In this document: positions 1-9,596 of the stretch, piece after piece
Layout: the number at the start of each line of letters is the position of its first letter
Position numbering within the stretch: the stretch's first letter is position 1
Origin: Pirellulales bacterium
GTDB taxonomy: Bacteria; Planctomycetota; Planctomycetia; Pirellulales; PALSA-1355
Assembly (NCBI GenBank): GCA_963733035.1
Contig: CAVTBU010000005.1
Span: 576,001-640,000, forward strand
Direction of reading: 5' to 3'
Length of the DNA: 64,000 nucleotides
Program-made: the position numbers and the translations under genes
The notes under the pieces: model-generated
What the model was told of the DNA's origin: nothing
The model's database searches: none
The model's input: the letters and a program-made list of their open reading frames with translations, nothing else

Positions 1-1502
1 GCGGCGGCCCGCCAACGGGCCTCTTGCGAGTCAATATAGGCCAGACTCGAATCCAACAGCGCCCGCTGGGAGTTCAGGTAGCGTAGGAAGTCGATTTGAC
101 CTTCGCCGTAGAGTTTGGCCGAAATATTTTGCAATTCGACGGCACTGGGCAGGATCTGCTGTTCGTAGCGTTCGACCAACTGGCGGGCCGTTAGATATTG
201 CCCCAGCGACATAGCCGCCTGGTTGGCCAGATCGTTTCGCACGCGGTTTAGGCCGGCCATGGCGGCGGTGAGTTCCGCCTCGGCCGCACGAATGTTCCCC
301 CGATTTCGATTCCACAGCGGAATGACCATCTGCACTTGATAGATTGCCTGGTTCTCCGGGGCGAAGGCGCCCGGCTGTTGCTGTTGGTATCCCCCCATCA
401 TGTTGAAGTTCGGAAAAGGCTCGACCACCTGCCGCCGGACGACGAACTGATTCCGAGAAATCTCCACTCCAGCGCGTGCCACGAGGGCGTTGCGGTCGAT
501 GACTCCCTGCTGCACGGCGATAATTTCGTAGTCGGGCAGGGCCTGTGTCAGGTCGGCCGACACGCGGTCGATTTGCAATTCGTACAGTCCTGTCGCCGCT
601 GCCAATTCTCGCTTGCTGGTCGCGGTCAAAATGTGAGCGTTTCGTAGTTCGGCTTCCGCCCGCGATAGCTCGATTTGCAACAGTAGCACGTCGCCCCGCG
701 CACCGATGCCGGCCTTGAAGAGTTTCTCGCTGACCTCGTGGGAAGTGCGAGCGATATTGACCATCGAATCCAGGATTCGTACGCGCTGCTGCATTGCCAG
801 CACCGTGTAAAAACGCTGGCGAACCGCCGTCAGAACGTCAAACCGCGCCCGCACCAGCGAGAGCTCCGCCGCTCGAGCGGCCCGCTCGGCCGCGGCAGTG
901 TCCAGGCGGATCTTCCCCTTGGTGACGTAGTCTTGAACGATGTACGTATTGTATTGCGATTGATTGCCGGCCAATTGCGGCGATGCGCCGCCGAACGTGG
1001 GATTCGGATAACGGCTAGCTTGGAACGCACGCCCCTGTGCCGCCACAACCTGCGCCTGCGCCTCGCGCAGCACCGGGCTGTTTTCGAGTGCGATCTGGGT
1101 GACTTGATCAAGTGTCATTCCAACTCCGGCTTCGGCCAGCCCCGGTGGAATCGCCTCCAGATTCAGTAGCGCCTTCTCGTCGGCCGGGCTCATTTGGCCC
1201 CTCTCATCGGCTGGGCCCGTCTGTTCGGCTGGACCCTTCTGTGCCGATGCTTGCACGACCGGATATTTTGGCGAGGTCTCGGTGCGCGATGTGCGATTCG
1301 CCAGCGGCGACAGGCGCCCAGGCGATACCGGCGGTAGCCGCTCCGGACGTCTGGATAGCAACTGCGGAGGGCCGCCGGGCATTTGTGCCTTGGGTGGGAA
1401 ATCCGCCAATGACGGTGCCCCCAAATGCAAAGCAAGAAACAAGGCCACCGACACCGAGACGGCGGGCACCCATTCGTCGAGTAGCTCTTTGGACCGCAAC
1501 AC
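1..1502 (-). CDS. TolC/CzcC-family outer-membrane efflux protein (3' end runs off the window; start approximate)
   Basis: Translated by hand; absent from the ORF track because it has no stop inside the window. The frame is open from ~1502 to 1: signal-like N-terminus, then TLDQVTQIALENSPVLREAQAQV..YPNP..TKGKIRL..IPLWNRNRGNIRAAEA. The same motifs occur in the paralog at 18888-20342. Confidence 0.85.
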   Translation of the reverse strand, partial: MLRSKELLDEWVPAVSVSVALFLALHLGAPSLADFPPKAQMPGGPPQLLSRRPERLPPVSPGRLSPLANRTSRTETSPKYPVVQASAQKGPAEQTGPADERGQMSPADEKALLNLEAIPPGLAEAGVGMTLDQVTQIALENSPVLREAQAQVVAAQGRAFQASRYPNPTFGGASPQLAGNQSQYNTYIVQDYVTKGKIRLDTAAAERAARAAELSLVRARFDVLTAVRQRFYTVLAMQQRVRILDSMVNIARTSHEVSEKLFKAGIGARGDVLLLQIELSRAEAELRNAHILTATSKRELAAATGLYELQIDRVSADLTQALPDYEIIAVQQGVIDRNALVARAGVEISRNQFVVRRQVVEPFPNFNMMGGYQQQQPGAFAPENQAIYQVQMVIPLWNRNRGNIRAAEAELTAAMAGLNRVRNDLANQAAMSLGQYLTARQLVERYEQQILPSAVELQNISAKLYGEGQIDFLRYLNSQRALLDSSLAYIDSQEARWRAA

Positions 1503-1634
1503 GATTTTCAACTCAGGTTGCTCACGGATCGCCACGGCGGTTTCGACGGCGCACAGCGTATGCGCCGACCCGCGGGTTCTAGGGGTTAAAATCGTTGCAA
1601 CCAGCACAACTGGATCAGCGATTCATCTTGGCGC

Positions 1635-1648
1635 GGCAAATATTTGCC
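1635..1648. promoter_or_regulatory. Perfect 14-bp palindrome GGCAAATATTTGCC, candidate operator
   Basis: Perfect inverted repeat in the gap between the divergent TolC gene and rnpB. Confidence 0.35.
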
Positions 1649-1747
1649 AGAACTCGCAAACCTCCCCCCATGCCCGATGGAGCGGAATGACGCGCTCGCC
1701 CGGCTGTCCGTGAGACGCTAGCTGACGTATGGTAAGGGGTGAGATTC

Positions 1748-2162
1748 GGAGCGGACTGGGCGGTCGCTCGGCGCGCGCCGGCTTTGGCGGGCGCACACCG
1801 GGAGGAAAGTCCGGGCTCCACAGGACGGGGTGGTGGGTAACACCCACCGGCCGCGAGGCCCGGGAAAGTGCAACAGAAAGTAAACCGCCGGTCGGGGCTT
1901 GGCCCTGGCCAGTAAGGGTGAAACGGTGAGGTAAGAGCTCACCAGCAGGCTGGGTGACCAGCCTGGCTAGGCAAACCCCACCCGGAGCAAGGCCAAACAG
2001 AGAGGATCGAGGGAAACCTCGAGCGGACTGGTCCGGTCCGCCACCACACTCGGGTAGGCCGCTAGAGTCGCCGAGCAATCGGCGTCCCAGAGAAATGGCC
2101 GCTCCCCTGCGGCAGCCCATGGCTGCCGCAGGGGAACAGAACCCGGCTTACAGGTTCGCTCC
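1748..2162 (+). ncRNA. rnpB: RNase P RNA, bacterial type A
   Basis: Conserved elements GAGGAAAGTCCGGGCTC, GAAAGTGCAACAGAAAG, GGGTGAAACGGTGAGGTAAGAGCTCACC, GGCAAACCCCACCCGGAGCAAGGCCAA and ACAGAACCCGGCTTA. The 5' and 3' ends pair (P1). Confidence 0.98.
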
Positions 2163-2198
2163 GAATCTCTTCTATTTCGCCCTTTCCAACAAGTCGCC

Positions 2199-2605
2199 CT
2201 ATGCTGCGGGCTCTTGCGAAACTGCCAACTCCGCCGGCACCAGGTCGTCGCCGATCACCTGTAGCAGCTTGGAAATGCACAGCTTGTTCATGCTAGTGTG
2301 ACGCTCGTGCGCTTCCGACTTGAGCGACTCGTGCAGGCTCTTGGGCAACCTTACGGTGATGACTCGGGTCGGCTCGCGTGGTCCCCCCGGCAAGTCCGCG
2401 TCGCTCTCGCGAAGCTTGGCCAGCATTTGCTGGATCCGCTGATACTCGTCGGTCTGCTCAAACTGGGCAAGCGCCTCAGGCGATTGATACATCTGGCGGA
2501 CGATTCCATCCACGCCCAATACTTCGCGGAAGAACGTGACCCAGCTCGGTCGCTGCTGGTAAATCTCGTCCGCCGCGCAAAGACATCTTGTCGTTGCTCG
2601 CTCAT
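2199..2605 (-). CDS. Small protein with C-terminal HicB-like ribbon-helix-helix domain; frameshift near 2575
   Basis: RBS CAGGAG precedes ATG 2605 (MSEQRQDVF). After a 1-nt shift the frame reads AADEIYQQRPSWVTFFREVLG...RVITVRLPKSLHESLKSEAHERHTSMNKLCISKL. Confidence 0.75.
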
Positions 2606-2905
2606 ACTCAATCTCCTGAAACGTGTGAAACGGGAGGACCGGTCAACGGTGGTCCTCGTCGCTTGTATCGTTAGAGCCGAGCAAGGGGCAGCACGGATGT
2701 CATTTCTTTGATAGCACTTGCGTCAATTTCCCGGAATCGCCCAAAGGCCATGCACCCGTGCCCACGAATTGCGCAGGGGCGATGTGCCTAAAAACCAGGC
2801 AGTCTGCATTTTCACATTTACCAAGTGTCCTCTGTTTGCGAGTTGAAGAAATTGCGAAAAACAACCGGCTAGCAGCTATCAGCCAGCACTTATCACTTAG
2901 CACGC

Positions 2906-2948
2906 AAAAAAAGGCGACCTCTCACACTCTGGGTGAAAGACCGCCTTT
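2906..2948 (-). terminator. Rho-independent terminator of the TIM-barrel gene
   Basis: Minus strand reads AAAGGCGGTCTTTCAC-loop-GTGAGAGGTCGCCTTTTTTT, just after the stop at 2965. Confidence 0.75.
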
Positions 2949-2964
2949 AAGTTGGGTCGCAAAT

Positions 2965-3876
2965 CTAGGAAAGCTTCTCGCGTACCTTTTCCAACAACTT
3001 CCGGGTGGCCAGGATCCCCAGGGGCTCAGAGAGCTTCGAGCCCTCGTATTCGATCCCAACATAGCCATGATACCCGGCATCGAGCACGATCTTGATCATC
3101 CGCTCGTAGTCGGTCTCAATGTGCTCGCCGTCTTCGCGAAAGTTCTTGCTCTTGGCACTCACCCCCTTGGCATAGGGCATCAGCTCGGCGACGCCCTTGT
3201 AAGGGTCGTATTCACCAAAATTACCGAAGTCCGGCAAAGTTCCGCAATTACCTTTTTTGACTGATTCAATTACTCCCGCTAACCACTCGCCGTTCGATGA
3301 AAGCCCGCCGTGGTTCTCAACGATGATGTTGATCCCCGGGCCGCTGGCAAATTCACAGAGACGACTGAGACCATCGGTCACGAGCTTGGCTTGTTCCTGG
3401 GGCGAACCCTTCGAGTGGGCATTCACCCGGATCGAATGGCAACCAAGGAACTTGGCCGCGTCGACCCACTTGTAGTGGTTCTCGATGGCCTTGGTCCTCC
3501 GAGCGTCGTCTGGGTCCCCCAAATTACCTTCACCGTCAATCATGATCAGGACGTTGGTGACTCCAAAATCCTCAGCCCTGGTCTTCATGTCGCGAAGGTA
3601 TTTCATGTCCTTGGCCTTGGTGGCGAAGAACTGGTTCACATACTCCACTGCGTCGATGCCATATTCGTCTTTGGCCGCTTTGGCGAAGTCCAGGTTGTCC
3701 ATTTTGCCGCTAAAGAGGGTCTTGTGGAGCGACCACTCGGCCAGCGAGATCTTGAATAGAGGTTCTTTTTCGGCCGCATCTGCCGGCAAAGCCAGCGAAG
3801 CCAAGCCCAGGCCCGCCACGCCAGCGGCCGATTGTCCAAGAAACGAACGACGGTCAACAATTGATTTGGTGGTCAT
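2965..3876 (-). CDS. Tat-exported sugar phosphate isomerase/epimerase (xylose isomerase-like TIM barrel)
   Basis: DRRSFL twin-arginine signal; metal-site motifs ENHGG, LPDFGNF and GIEYEG. Confidence 0.9.
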   Translation of the reverse strand: MTTKSIVDRRSFLGQSAAGVAGLGLASLALPADAAEKEPLFKISLAEWSLHKTLFSGKMDNLDFAKAAKDEYGIDAVEYVNQFFATKAKDMKYLRDMKTRAEDFGVTNVLIMIDGEGNLGDPDDARRTKAIENHYKWVDAAKFLGCHSIRVNAHSKGSPQEQAKLVTDGLSRLCEFASGPGINIIVENHGGLSSNGEWLAGVIESVKKGNCGTLPDFGNFGEYDPYKGVAELMPYAKGVSAKSKNFREDGEHIETDYERMIKIVLDAGYHGYVGIEYEGSKLSEPLGILATRKLLEKVREKLS

Positions 3877-4337
3877 AGGAAAGCTTCACGCCAGAGGGTG
3901 GGAATTCGACAGAGCGCCACGGGGCGCACAAGCGGCTCAAGAGACGGCGGCCGCGGGCACTTCGTGAAATGTACCCCACCAGACTCGGAAAGCAATCACC
4001 GGGCACTTCGGCAGTCCCGCCCCGGCTGCGCGGCGAATTTGGCAAGAAACTCGCCCTAAGTGCAAGCGGGAATAACTGTTACTCGTTTGACGCCAAAGCG
4101 GCTCAGTAGTTACAATCGTAGTTGCTGCGGACGGACATTCCTGAGGAAGGCGGGCTGTTTTTCCAGGCGGACGTTCGTCCGAGTGGCTCGCCAGCAAAGT
4201 TCCGGCGCGGTGTTTCACTTCGGCTGCATGACAACTCGTCGTTCGTCTTGGTCGCCAGGATCGGTTCTTGCCTGTCCGGCGATTCATCAAGCGAACCGGT
4301 GCGAACCAGTTGCCTGCGGCCGCCTAAGAGCGTCTTG

Positions 4338-7193
4338 ATGAGCGAAACTTCCAGCCACAAACCCGTTCCGCAGCCAACCGGTTCCAGCGTACCGTCGTCG
4401 GCCGGACCTTCGAGTTCCGCGCGAGGGCTGTTTTCCGACGGACAGCAAACGGTGATCTCCACTCGTCCGCCCGTTCCCAGTCTCAATCCGACGGGCGCCG
4501 TACCGACCGAATCGGCCCGCCTTTGGGAAGGGGAACAACTCGGGCAATTCGTGCTGCAGAAATTCGTCGGCGGCGGCGGCATGGGTATCGTCTTCCGCGC
4601 GCTCGACACCACGCTCGACCGCGAAGTCGCCGTCAAGGTGCTGTCTCGCGACCAGTCGGCGGACGAGGAAACGCTGCGCCGCTTTCGCAACGAAGCTCAA
4701 TCGGCGGCGCGCCTCAATCACGACAATATTGCCCACGTCTTCTACGTCGGCGAAGACCGCGGCGTGCACTATATCGTCTTCGAGTTCATCGATGGCGTGA
4801 ACATTCGCGACCTGGTCGAGCAACAGGGGCCGCTGCCACTCAATCAGGCTCTCAGTTATACGTATCAAATTGCGCTGGCGCTTGACCATGCCAGCCAACG
4901 TTCGGTCATTCATCGAGACATCAAACCTTCGAACGTGCTGGTGACCCCTGACGGCAAGGCCAAACTCGTGGATATGGGCCTCGCGCGGTTGAACCTCATG
5001 GCGCACGCCACGAACGACCTGACAGCCAGTGGTGTGACGCTGGGCACGTTCGACTATATCTCTCCAGAACAGGCTCGGGATCCTCGCAGTGCGGACGTCC
5101 GTAGCGACCTCTACTCGCTGGGATGCTCGTTCTACTTCATGCTCACAGGCCGGCCGCCATTTCCCGAGGGGACCGTTCTCCAGAAACTCCTCCAACACCA
5201 GGCCGACGTGCCTCCGGATCCGCGGAGCCTCCGTCCGGAACTACCTTCGCAAGTCACCAGAATCCTGGCCCACCTGTTAGCCAAGAATCCCAACGAACGC
5301 TTTCAGCAGCCCGCCGAACTGCTCGAAGAACTTTCGGTACTGGGGCATTCGCTGGGCCTGCAATTGGGCGAATCGCCCCCCGCGCGCATCGCGCCCAAAC
5401 CCGCCACTCCGCCGGGACGCTGGCGAACGCACGTTCCGTGGGTCGTGCCATTGGCCGCCTTGTTCCTGATTGTGTTCGCACTCGATCTTTACTGGTCAGC
5501 CAGCGACCGGGCCGCGATGGAGCTGAGTTCCAAGCCCAAATCGGACCGACCGTTGGAGAGCGCACCCGTCTTAAAGCATCCCGAGGTCGTTTTCCCGACC
5601 GACGCAGCCTCGAAAAGCGAAGCCGATCCAACATCGCCGTCGACCACGAGGGAACCAATCGCTCCATCCCCCAGCGAGATTCCCTTTCGCAACAAGCCCG
5701 CGATGCCCTTGGAGGCGAGTCCTCCCGTGGAGGAAGCCGAGACGCCCTCCACGCAAGCGGGCGGGCTTGGCCAGGGGCTGGGCGAATTACTCGGTTCGAT
5801 TGGTGGCAGTTTGGAAGTGTACCAACAGTTGGCGCGCAAGTCGGAAATGAGGGCCGCCAGTGCCAAACAGTCGCCGGGCTCCAGCACGAGTGACGAAGTC
5901 GACCTGGCGGGCACCCTGCCGGATGCGTCGGTTTCGACTGCCGACGAGACGTCGACTTCGACCGGCCGCGTGTTGACTGTCGGCGACGAGACGGCTGCAC
6001 GTAACTACACAAGCCTGTTGGCCGCATGCAGTGCCGCCACGGATGGCGATACGATCGAACTACGCTATAGCGGCCGACGCATCGAGCGACCGCTCGCAAT
6101 TTCGAACATCCATCTCACTGTCCAGGCCGGCGTCGGGTTTCATCCGATCGTGGTGTTCGCGCCCGAGGCGGACAAAGCCTTTCCGATCAGGCAAATGGTG
6201 AGTGTTTCCGGCGGTCAACTCTCGGTTCGAAACGTGCACTGGGAGTTCGATCTACCCGCCAATTCGCCGGTCGAGCGTTCTCTGTTCGAGTTGCAGCATT
6301 GCGAACTGCTCGATTTTGAAAACTGCACGTTTACCGTCCGCGGTCATCCGCCGTATTACGCGGGCGTGGCGTTTTTTGAAATCAAGGCCACGCCCGGCTC
6401 CGGAAACATGGGCATGGGCGTGGGCGCGATGGACGGCCACGTGGTGAACATCAGCCTCACAAACTGCGTGGCGCACGGCGAAGCAACCTTGCTCCGCGAT
6501 GCCGACCTGCAGTCGGTGCGATTGACCTGGAACGACGGCCTGTTGGCCACCAGCGAACGATTGATTGTAACAGAGGGCAACTCCATACAGCCGCCCCTGG
6601 AACCCCAGGCGGAAGTCATTTTGCGGCACGTGACAGCCGTCACCGGAAGTGGGCTGGTGCTGATGACCAACAGCCAGGAAGAGCCGCATCAGATGGTCGT
6701 TAACCTGCACTGCGATGATTGCATTCTCGCCACGCGCGGCTCTAGCGCGGTTGTCGAACAACGTGGATCGGCCAGCATCGATGAGTTTCTCGCGCGATTC
6801 CAATGGACTGGCGACAATGATTACTTTCGTGGCTACAAAACGTTTTGGCAGATCATGAATTCGGCCGGTCTGAACGGTTCGAAACAATTTGACTTTGACG
6901 AGTGGAAAGAGCATTGGCGATTCAGCAGTCAGGATCAATTCGCCGGCGATGACGCCGTGGTATGGGCCACGCCGCCGTCGAGTAGCCGTCCGTACCACAC
7001 GCACCTGGCTTCGGACTACGTGCTTTCGGCCAGCGCATCGGTTGGCGAACACACGGCCTTGGCCGGCGCAATCGATGGTTCGGACGCCGGCGCACGGCTG
7101 CCTTACCTTCCGGCGGTGCCGGCAAAACCGACGGCAGCAAGCGCCGCCGACCGGTCGAATCTGCCGGATAGCAGATCGCCGGATCAAAACTAG
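4338..7193 (+). CDS. Membrane Ser/Thr protein kinase with C-terminal extracytoplasmic beta-helix-like domain
   Basis: Motifs GGGGMGIVF, VAVKVL, HRDIKPSN, DMGLAR, GTFDYISPEQ and DLYSLG; one TM helix (WVVPLAALFLIVFAL). ATG 4338 is preferred over the ORF-track start at 4122. Confidence 0.92.
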   Translation: MSETSSHKPVPQPTGSSVPSSAGPSSSARGLFSDGQQTVISTRPPVPSLNPTGAVPTESARLWEGEQLGQFVLQKFVGGGGMGIVFRALDTTLDREVAVKVLSRDQSADEETLRRFRNEAQSAARLNHDNIAHVFYVGEDRGVHYIVFEFIDGVNIRDLVEQQGPLPLNQALSYTYQIALALDHASQRSVIHRDIKPSNVLVTPDGKAKLVDMGLARLNLMAHATNDLTASGVTLGTFDYISPEQARDPRSADVRSDLYSLGCSFYFMLTGRPPFPEGTVLQKLLQHQADVPPDPRSLRPELPSQVTRILAHLLAKNPNERFQQPAELLEELSVLGHSLGLQLGESPPARIAPKPATPPGRWRTHVPWVVPLAALFLIVFALDLYWSASDRAAMELSSKPKSDRPLESAPVLKHPEVVFPTDAASKSEADPTSPSTTREPIAPSPSEIPFRNKPAMPLEASPPVEEAETPSTQAGGLGQGLGELLGSIGGSLEVYQQLARKSEMRAASAKQSPGSSTSDEVDLAGTLPDASVSTADETSTSTGRVLTVGDETAARNYTSLLAACSAATDGDTIELRYSGRRIERPLAISNIHLTVQAGVGFHPIVVFAPEADKAFPIRQMVSVSGGQLSVRNVHWEFDLPANSPVERSLFELQHCELLDFENCTFTVRGHPPYYAGVAFFEIKATPGSGNMGMGVGAMDGHVVNISLTNCVAHGEATLLRDADLQSVRLTWNDGLLATSERLIVTEGNSIQPPLEPQAEVILRHVTAVTGSGLVLMTNSQEEPHQMVVNLHCDDCILATRGSSAVVEQRGSASIDEFLARFQWTGDNDYFRGYKTFWQIMNSAGLNGSKQFDFDEWKEHWRFSSQDQFAGDDAVVWATPPSSSRPYHTHLASDYVLSASASVGEHTALAGAIDGSDAGARLPYLPAVPAKPTAASAADRSNLPDSRSPDQN

Positions 7194-7228
7194 CGCGGCC
7201 GCGCAAAGCGCGTCGACGCTAGTTTTTT
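7186..7228 (+). terminator. Rho-independent terminator overlapping the kinase stop
   Basis: AAAACTAGCG...GCGC-AAA-GCGC...CGCTAGTTTTTT. Confidence 0.7.
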
Positions 7229-7414
7229 GATCCCAAACCGCCGCATTAGTGAGGCGTTTGGGCGCGCTTGACACTGCCTGGGCGACCGATTCTACTGGTT
7301 CTGGTAGCGGAACCTGCCGGAGCAGCCTGCCTGAAGGAATCCTCGCGTTTCCCCCCGCCAGAATTTTGATCCCGCTACGCTGGCCTTTCGCAATTGCAAT
7401 TGAGAGAGCATTCC

Positions 7415-7831
7415 ATGAAGAACTTTTGTCTGTTGGTCTTGTTGGGTTTCGTCGCTGGCAATGTGCTAGCTCACGTCGAATCGGCCCATGCGGTACCTCC
7501 GTTCAAGAAGGAATTCGACGCCAAATACGTGAAGACCGAACCGGCCACGCCGGAAGAAGAGGCCTTGGCAGCGGCCGTGAAAGAGGCCAAATGCAACGTT
7601 TGCCACGTTGGCAAGAAGAAAAAGGATAAGAATGCTTACGGGGTTGCCCTCGGCAAGCTGCTCGACAAGAAGAAGGACGCCAAGGATGCGGCCAAGATTC
7701 AAGATGCACTGGACAAGGTCGCCGCAATGAAGGCCGATCCCAACAATGCCGACTCGCCCACCTTCGGCGAACTCATCATGCAGGGCAAGCTGCCGATTCT
7801 CGACGAGAACACGCAGGCCGCCGCGGAATAA
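7415..7831 (+). CDS. Small Lys-rich secreted monoheme c-type cytochrome
   Basis: Signal peptide (MKNFCLLVLLGFVAG..SAHA) and a single CNVCH motif; has its own terminator. Confidence 0.8.
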   Translation: MKNFCLLVLLGFVAGNVLAHVESAHAVPPFKKEFDAKYVKTEPATPEEEALAAAVKEAKCNVCHVGKKKKDKNAYGVALGKLLDKKKDAKDAAKIQDALDKVAAMKADPNNADSPTFGELIMQGKLPILDENTQAAAE

Positions 7832-7865
7832 CTTCCGCGTTGCCGACTGACGACGACTCAGAAAA

Positions 7866-7897
7866 GCCGGACCCCGAATGGGGTCCGGTTTTTTTTT
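7866..7897 (+). terminator. Rho-independent terminator
   Basis: GCCGGACCCC-GAAT-GGGGTCCGGT followed by a T-tract. Confidence 0.9.
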
Positions 7898-8044
7898 GCG
7901 GCCAGCGAAAGGGAGTAGGCCGTTCAGCGTGTGTTTGGCGATTCGATATCGGCGATCGGCCGATCTGCGGATAGGGGACAATTCTCTGGCCGTAGGGTAT
8001 GATTCGAGTCCGTTCCCGGTTGCTCACGACCGATATCGATCCGA

Positions 8045-9415
8045 ATGCAAACTCGTCTCCTCTATCTCTGGGAATCGCTTCGCACGTCCTACTGGTTCGT
8101 TCCCTCGCTGCTGAGTCTCGCGTCGGCCGGGCTTGCCGTTGGAATGGTATTGATCGATCGCCGCATTCAACAGGAACCGATCTCGACCAGCGTGTGGTGG
8201 GGCTATGGCGGTGGTCCCGCGGGAGCCCGGGCAGTGATGTCCACGATTGCCGGCTCGATGATCACCGTGGCCGGCGTTGTTTTTTCGATCACGATTGTCG
8301 CCTTGTCATTGGCTTCAGGCCAATTTGGACCGCGGCTGCTCCGTAATTTTATTCGCGACCGCAGCAATCAGTTTGTCCTCGGTACGTTTACCGGGACCTA
8401 CATCTACTGCCTACTGGTTCTCCGCACGATTCACGGTACGGACGGATCGAATTTCGTTCCCGGCGCGGCCGTGGCCGTCGGCATTCTGTTGGCCCTGGCT
8501 AGCCTGGGAGTCATGATCTATTTCATTCATCACGTAGCCATTACCATTCAAGCCAATCAAGTCATCGCGGCTGTCAGCCATGAAATGCGAGAGACAATCG
8601 ATCGGCTCTGGCCCGAAGTATTGGGAGCTTCGCCAGAAGCCGCTACGGGAGACGGCAAAGCCGATCTGCCAGACGACTTTGATCGCATCGCGGCTACCGT
8701 CCCCTCGCAAGGTTACGGCTATATCGCCGCTATCGAAGAAGAAACGCTGCTAAAAGTTGCTCACGACCGCGACCTGGTCTTACGGCTGCTGCAAAGGCCC
8801 GGAAATTTTGTCATTGAAGGGTCCCCACTTGCCTTGGTCGCACCGGCCGACACGCTCGACGACGAACTCGTACAGAAGCTGAACCGGGTTTTTCTCTTCG
8901 AACTGCAACGCACCCCGTATCAAGACGTGGAGTTTACCGTTGATCAATTGGTCGAAGTCGCGGTTCGAGCGCTTTCGCCGGGGATCAACGACCCGTTTAC
9001 GGCGATCCTCTGTCTCGACTGGCTCGCCGAGGCATTGGGGCGTTTGGCTGGTCGGTCGATGCCGTCCCCCTATCACTACGACAAGGAGGGAAAGTTGCGC
9101 GTCGTGACCCGTAGTGTTTCGTTTGCCGACGTGGTCGATGCCGCCTTCAACCAGATCCGACAGTACGGCAGCACGAGTGCCGCCGTCATGATTCGCATGT
9201 TTGATTCGCTGGCAAGTGTATGCCATGTCGCCAAACGTTCCGATGACCGTGCAGCCTTGGCGCGACACGCCCACCTCGTCCGGCAAGCCTGCGATCGCGA
9301 CTTGCCGGAGCCGTCCGACCGAATGGACGCCGAACTTCGTTACGCGCGGGTTATGAAAATCCTCGGGGAACCGACGGAGGAGAAAGAGGACCAGGCATCG
9401 GACGACCCCGAGTAA
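8045..9415 (+). CDS. DUF2254-family membrane protein
   Basis: Motifs SYWFVP, LASGQFGPRLLRNF, YFIHH and RALSPGINDPFTA; several TM helices. Confidence 0.88.
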   Translation: MQTRLLYLWESLRTSYWFVPSLLSLASAGLAVGMVLIDRRIQQEPISTSVWWGYGGGPAGARAVMSTIAGSMITVAGVVFSITIVALSLASGQFGPRLLRNFIRDRSNQFVLGTFTGTYIYCLLVLRTIHGTDGSNFVPGAAVAVGILLALASLGVMIYFIHHVAITIQANQVIAAVSHEMRETIDRLWPEVLGASPEAATGDGKADLPDDFDRIAATVPSQGYGYIAAIEEETLLKVAHDRDLVLRLLQRPGNFVIEGSPLALVAPADTLDDELVQKLNRVFLFELQRTPYQDVEFTVDQLVEVAVRALSPGINDPFTAILCLDWLAEALGRLAGRSMPSPYHYDKEGKLRVVTRSVSFADVVDAAFNQIRQYGSTSAAVMIRMFDSLASVCHVAKRSDDRAALARHAHLVRQACDRDLPEPSDRMDAELRYARVMKILGEPTEEKEDQASDDPE

Positions 9416-9596
9416 CGCGGCCGCCAAGACGTGGTGGCAATCACTGCTACCACGACGAGCTAGCAGTTCTCCTTTTTGGGGATCGATCCGCCGAACCGGA
9501 TCAAGCCTCACGGTCGCACCAGCCGAATTAAGTTTCTACGCCGCGCTACCGCCGTGCGCCATGCGGCTGTGCATATGCAACGAGGAAATCCACAAG

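Noticed and set aside
2199..2605. HicAB toxin-antitoxin module
   Set aside because: No HicA-like ORF on either side.
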